From IMG/VR virus record IMGVR_UViG_3300010355_000140: a stretch of 43,961 nt of DNA; one strand, 5' to 3'. The notes beneath the pieces are model-generated. The model ran no database searches. It was not told the origin of the DNA and saw only the letters and a program-made list of their open reading frames with translations. The translations under genes and the position numbers were made by a program. Source of the DNA: a virus. Positions 42,689 through 43,961 of this stretch are shown one piece after another; position 1 is the first letter of the stretch, and each line of letters starts with the position of its first letter.

Positions 42689-43024
42689 ATGGGAGCCGAA
42701 AGCCAAATCGAAAAAGCCTTAGTGAAGTATGCCAAAGCGAACGGAATTTATACTCGGAAGTTTACAAGTCCCTCCCACGCTGGTGTGCCTGATCGCATTT
42801 TTTGCTTTAGTGGTGTCACTTTGTTTCTGGAGATCAAGGCACCGGGCAACCGCCCGACCCCACTCCAGACCGACGAGATCGAAATCTTGAGCAAGCACGG
42901 GATGGCCGCTACTTGGTGCGACACCCTCACCAGTGGCAAGGAGTTCCTCGACTCATTGAAGGGTGACTCATTCAGCCAGCTACTCATGGAGTGCTGGGAA
43001 CAGAACGCCCGTCTTGCAGCATGA
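42689..43024 (+). CDS. VRR-NUC domain nuclease
   Basis: Start is set at ATG 42689. GVPDRIF...LFLEIKAPGNRPTPLQ...L..HG is the VRR-NUC signature. Confidence 0.75.
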   Translation: MGAESQIEKALVKYAKANGIYTRKFTSPSHAGVPDRIFCFSGVTLFLEIKAPGNRPTPLQTDEIEILSKHGMAATWCDTLTSGKEFLDSLKGDSFSQLLMECWEQNARLAA

Positions 43025-43650
43025 CAATCAAACCACCACCTTCCCATTACCAGCCTAACCTGCTGGACGTGTTGCCGGACAAACCGCTCACCAAGAACGG
43101 TGAAGCCCGGACCCGATATGGGCAGGTGGTGGAGTCGATCGTCACCCGGATGCTCGGACTGACTGACATCCCGAACTCCGGCACCCATGACGTGGTGTTC
43201 GATGCGTTCCACCACGGCAGCGGTAGCTACTGTGAAATCAAATCCCTCCGCTGGAACAACAAGCTGCCGATCTATGAGTGGCGGCGGATCAAGGATCGCG
43301 ACTGCGGTGCCAACCCCGTCTATGTGATTGCGGTCCATCACACAACCAATCAGCCCACACTGGCCAAGGTGTGGGAGCGTATGGCCGAAACTTTGCAGAC
43401 CATCTACATCGTGCCCCATTGGGTTATCGATCTGGAGGCACGCCGCCAACCTCTCCGCCAGCTCGTGCAGGAGGAGAAGAACACCCGCATGGGTTACAAG
43501 CGGAAGGGCTACTGCGACGGCTACCGCAACATTCCTTTCCAAGCAATCAGCCACGGTGGCTATGTCCAACGGTTCGCATCCGGCGAGCTTCATGGATTAT
43601 CGCTCCGGGCTGACGTGAATTTCCACCCCTCAATCCAACCATGGCTATGA
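43021..43650 (+). CDS. hypothetical protein with PD-(D/E)XK-like motif
   Basis: ATGA overlap with the VRR-NUC stop. VVESIV ... HDVVFDAF ... YCEIKS fits E...D...ExK. Confidence 0.45.
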   Translation: MTIKPPPSHYQPNLLDVLPDKPLTKNGEARTRYGQVVESIVTRMLGLTDIPNSGTHDVVFDAFHHGSGSYCEIKSLRWNNKLPIYEWRRIKDRDCGANPVYVIAVHHTTNQPTLAKVWERMAETLQTIYIVPHWVIDLEARRQPLRQLVQEEKNTRMGYKRKGYCDGYRNIPFQAISHGGYVQRFASGELHGLSLRADVNFHPSIQPWL

Positions 43651-43811
43651 TGACAATGACATTACCACCCGAAGCGATGGCTAGCTATGAGCCATGGTTC
43701 ATCGAGCAGCAAATCCTTTTGATGGAAGCGGCAGCAGATTGGCACGGTTGGAAGTGGACAAGGTTCTTCGATCATCTTACACAGTCCGAGACATGGGTTT
43801 TCAGCCGCTAA
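43641..43811 (+). CDS. small hypothetical protein (56 aa)
   Basis: Below the track cutoff. Its ATG overlaps the upstream TGA (atggctatga), and its 3' end overlaps the SNF2 ATG by 19 nt. It fills the gap. Confidence 0.35.
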   Translation: MAMMTMTLPPEAMASYEPWFIEQQILLMEAAADWHGWKWTRFFDHLTQSETWVFSR

Positions 43812-43961
43812 CACACCAAGCACTCGCGATCGATCATCTGATTGCCCACCCCATCGCCGGTCTGTTCGCCGGGATGGGGCTGGGCAAAACTGCTTCCACG
43901 CTGGCCGCGCTCGACCACCTGTTCGTGAATGGCATGAGCAAGGGTGCGCTTATCATCGCCC
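43793..43961 (+). CDS. SNF2 helicase, 5' part (continues at nt 128 of the window after removing the 127-nt overlap)
   Basis: The ATG at 43793 gives MGFQPLTHQALAIDHLIAHPIAGLFAGMGLGKT..., in frame with the ORF at 1-1413. Confidence 0.8.
   Translation, partial: MGFQPLTHQALAIDHLIAHPIAGLFAGMGLGKTASTLAALDHLFVNGMSKGALIIA
43835..43961. repeat. 127-nt terminal overlap identical to nt 1-127 (circular assembly signature)
   Basis: Direct comparison of both ends. Identical over all 127 nt. Confidence 0.95.

Noticed and set aside
1-43961. Apparent abundance of CTAG / GCTAGC, and of (T)AGC(C/T)AGC strings near minus-strand start codons.
   Set aside because: A rough hand count gives about 70 CTAG against about 165 expected from base composition, so CTAG is not enriched. 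GCTAGC is only mildly above expectation (about 22 versus about 13). The AGCCAGC strings largely reflect frequent Leu-Ala and Ala-Gly codon pairs. This is not convincing without proper statistics.

Overview
The window is one complete tailed-phage genome, assembled as a circle. nt 1-127 are identical to 43835-43961, so the unique length is 43,834 bp, and the linearisation point cuts an SNF2 helicase gene. The structural gene order is podovirus/T7-like: terS, terL, portal, scaffold, capsid, tail tubular A/B, three internal virion proteins, tail fibre. I found no phage RNA polymerase, integrase, repressor, tRNA or CRISPR array.

Two transcription arms diverge from an AT-rich, repeat-dense control region at about 26.19-26.65 kb.
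- The minus-strand late arm runs 26186 -> 1410. It holds packaging, head, tail and ejection genes, a collagen-like fibre, a glycosyltransferase cassette and lysis genes.
- The plus-strand early/replication arm runs 26654 -> 43834 and wraps to 1413. It holds an AAA+/VWA-like pair, a prim-pol/SF3 helicase, a DUF2800-like nuclease, a DUF2815-like SSB, an HNH, family-A DNA polymerase, VRR-NUC, a PD-(D/E)XK nuclease and SNF2.
- The arms converge with overlapping stop codons at 1410-1413.

Signals the gene list does not explain:
1. A late-expressed glycan-modification cassette (GT2-TPR, pyruvyltransferase::GT25 fusion) lies directly behind a BclA-like (GPT)n/(GAT)n collagen tail fibre.
2. A near-identical acidic C-terminal tip, (V/I)TEDD(I/V)F or a variant, occurs on six proteins, including primase-helicase, nuclease, SSB, HNH and the small terminase.
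3. A composite intergenic element with two AATGCAG boxes occurs four times and carries a covarying helix.
4. Eleven AATGCCCT repeats and palindromes flank an AT-rich core.
5. Six plus-strand promoters share a ~30-nt element with a conserved spacer box, and many genes have SD-less CAGAAAACA leaders.

All domain calls come from motif recognition by eye. No database searches were run.
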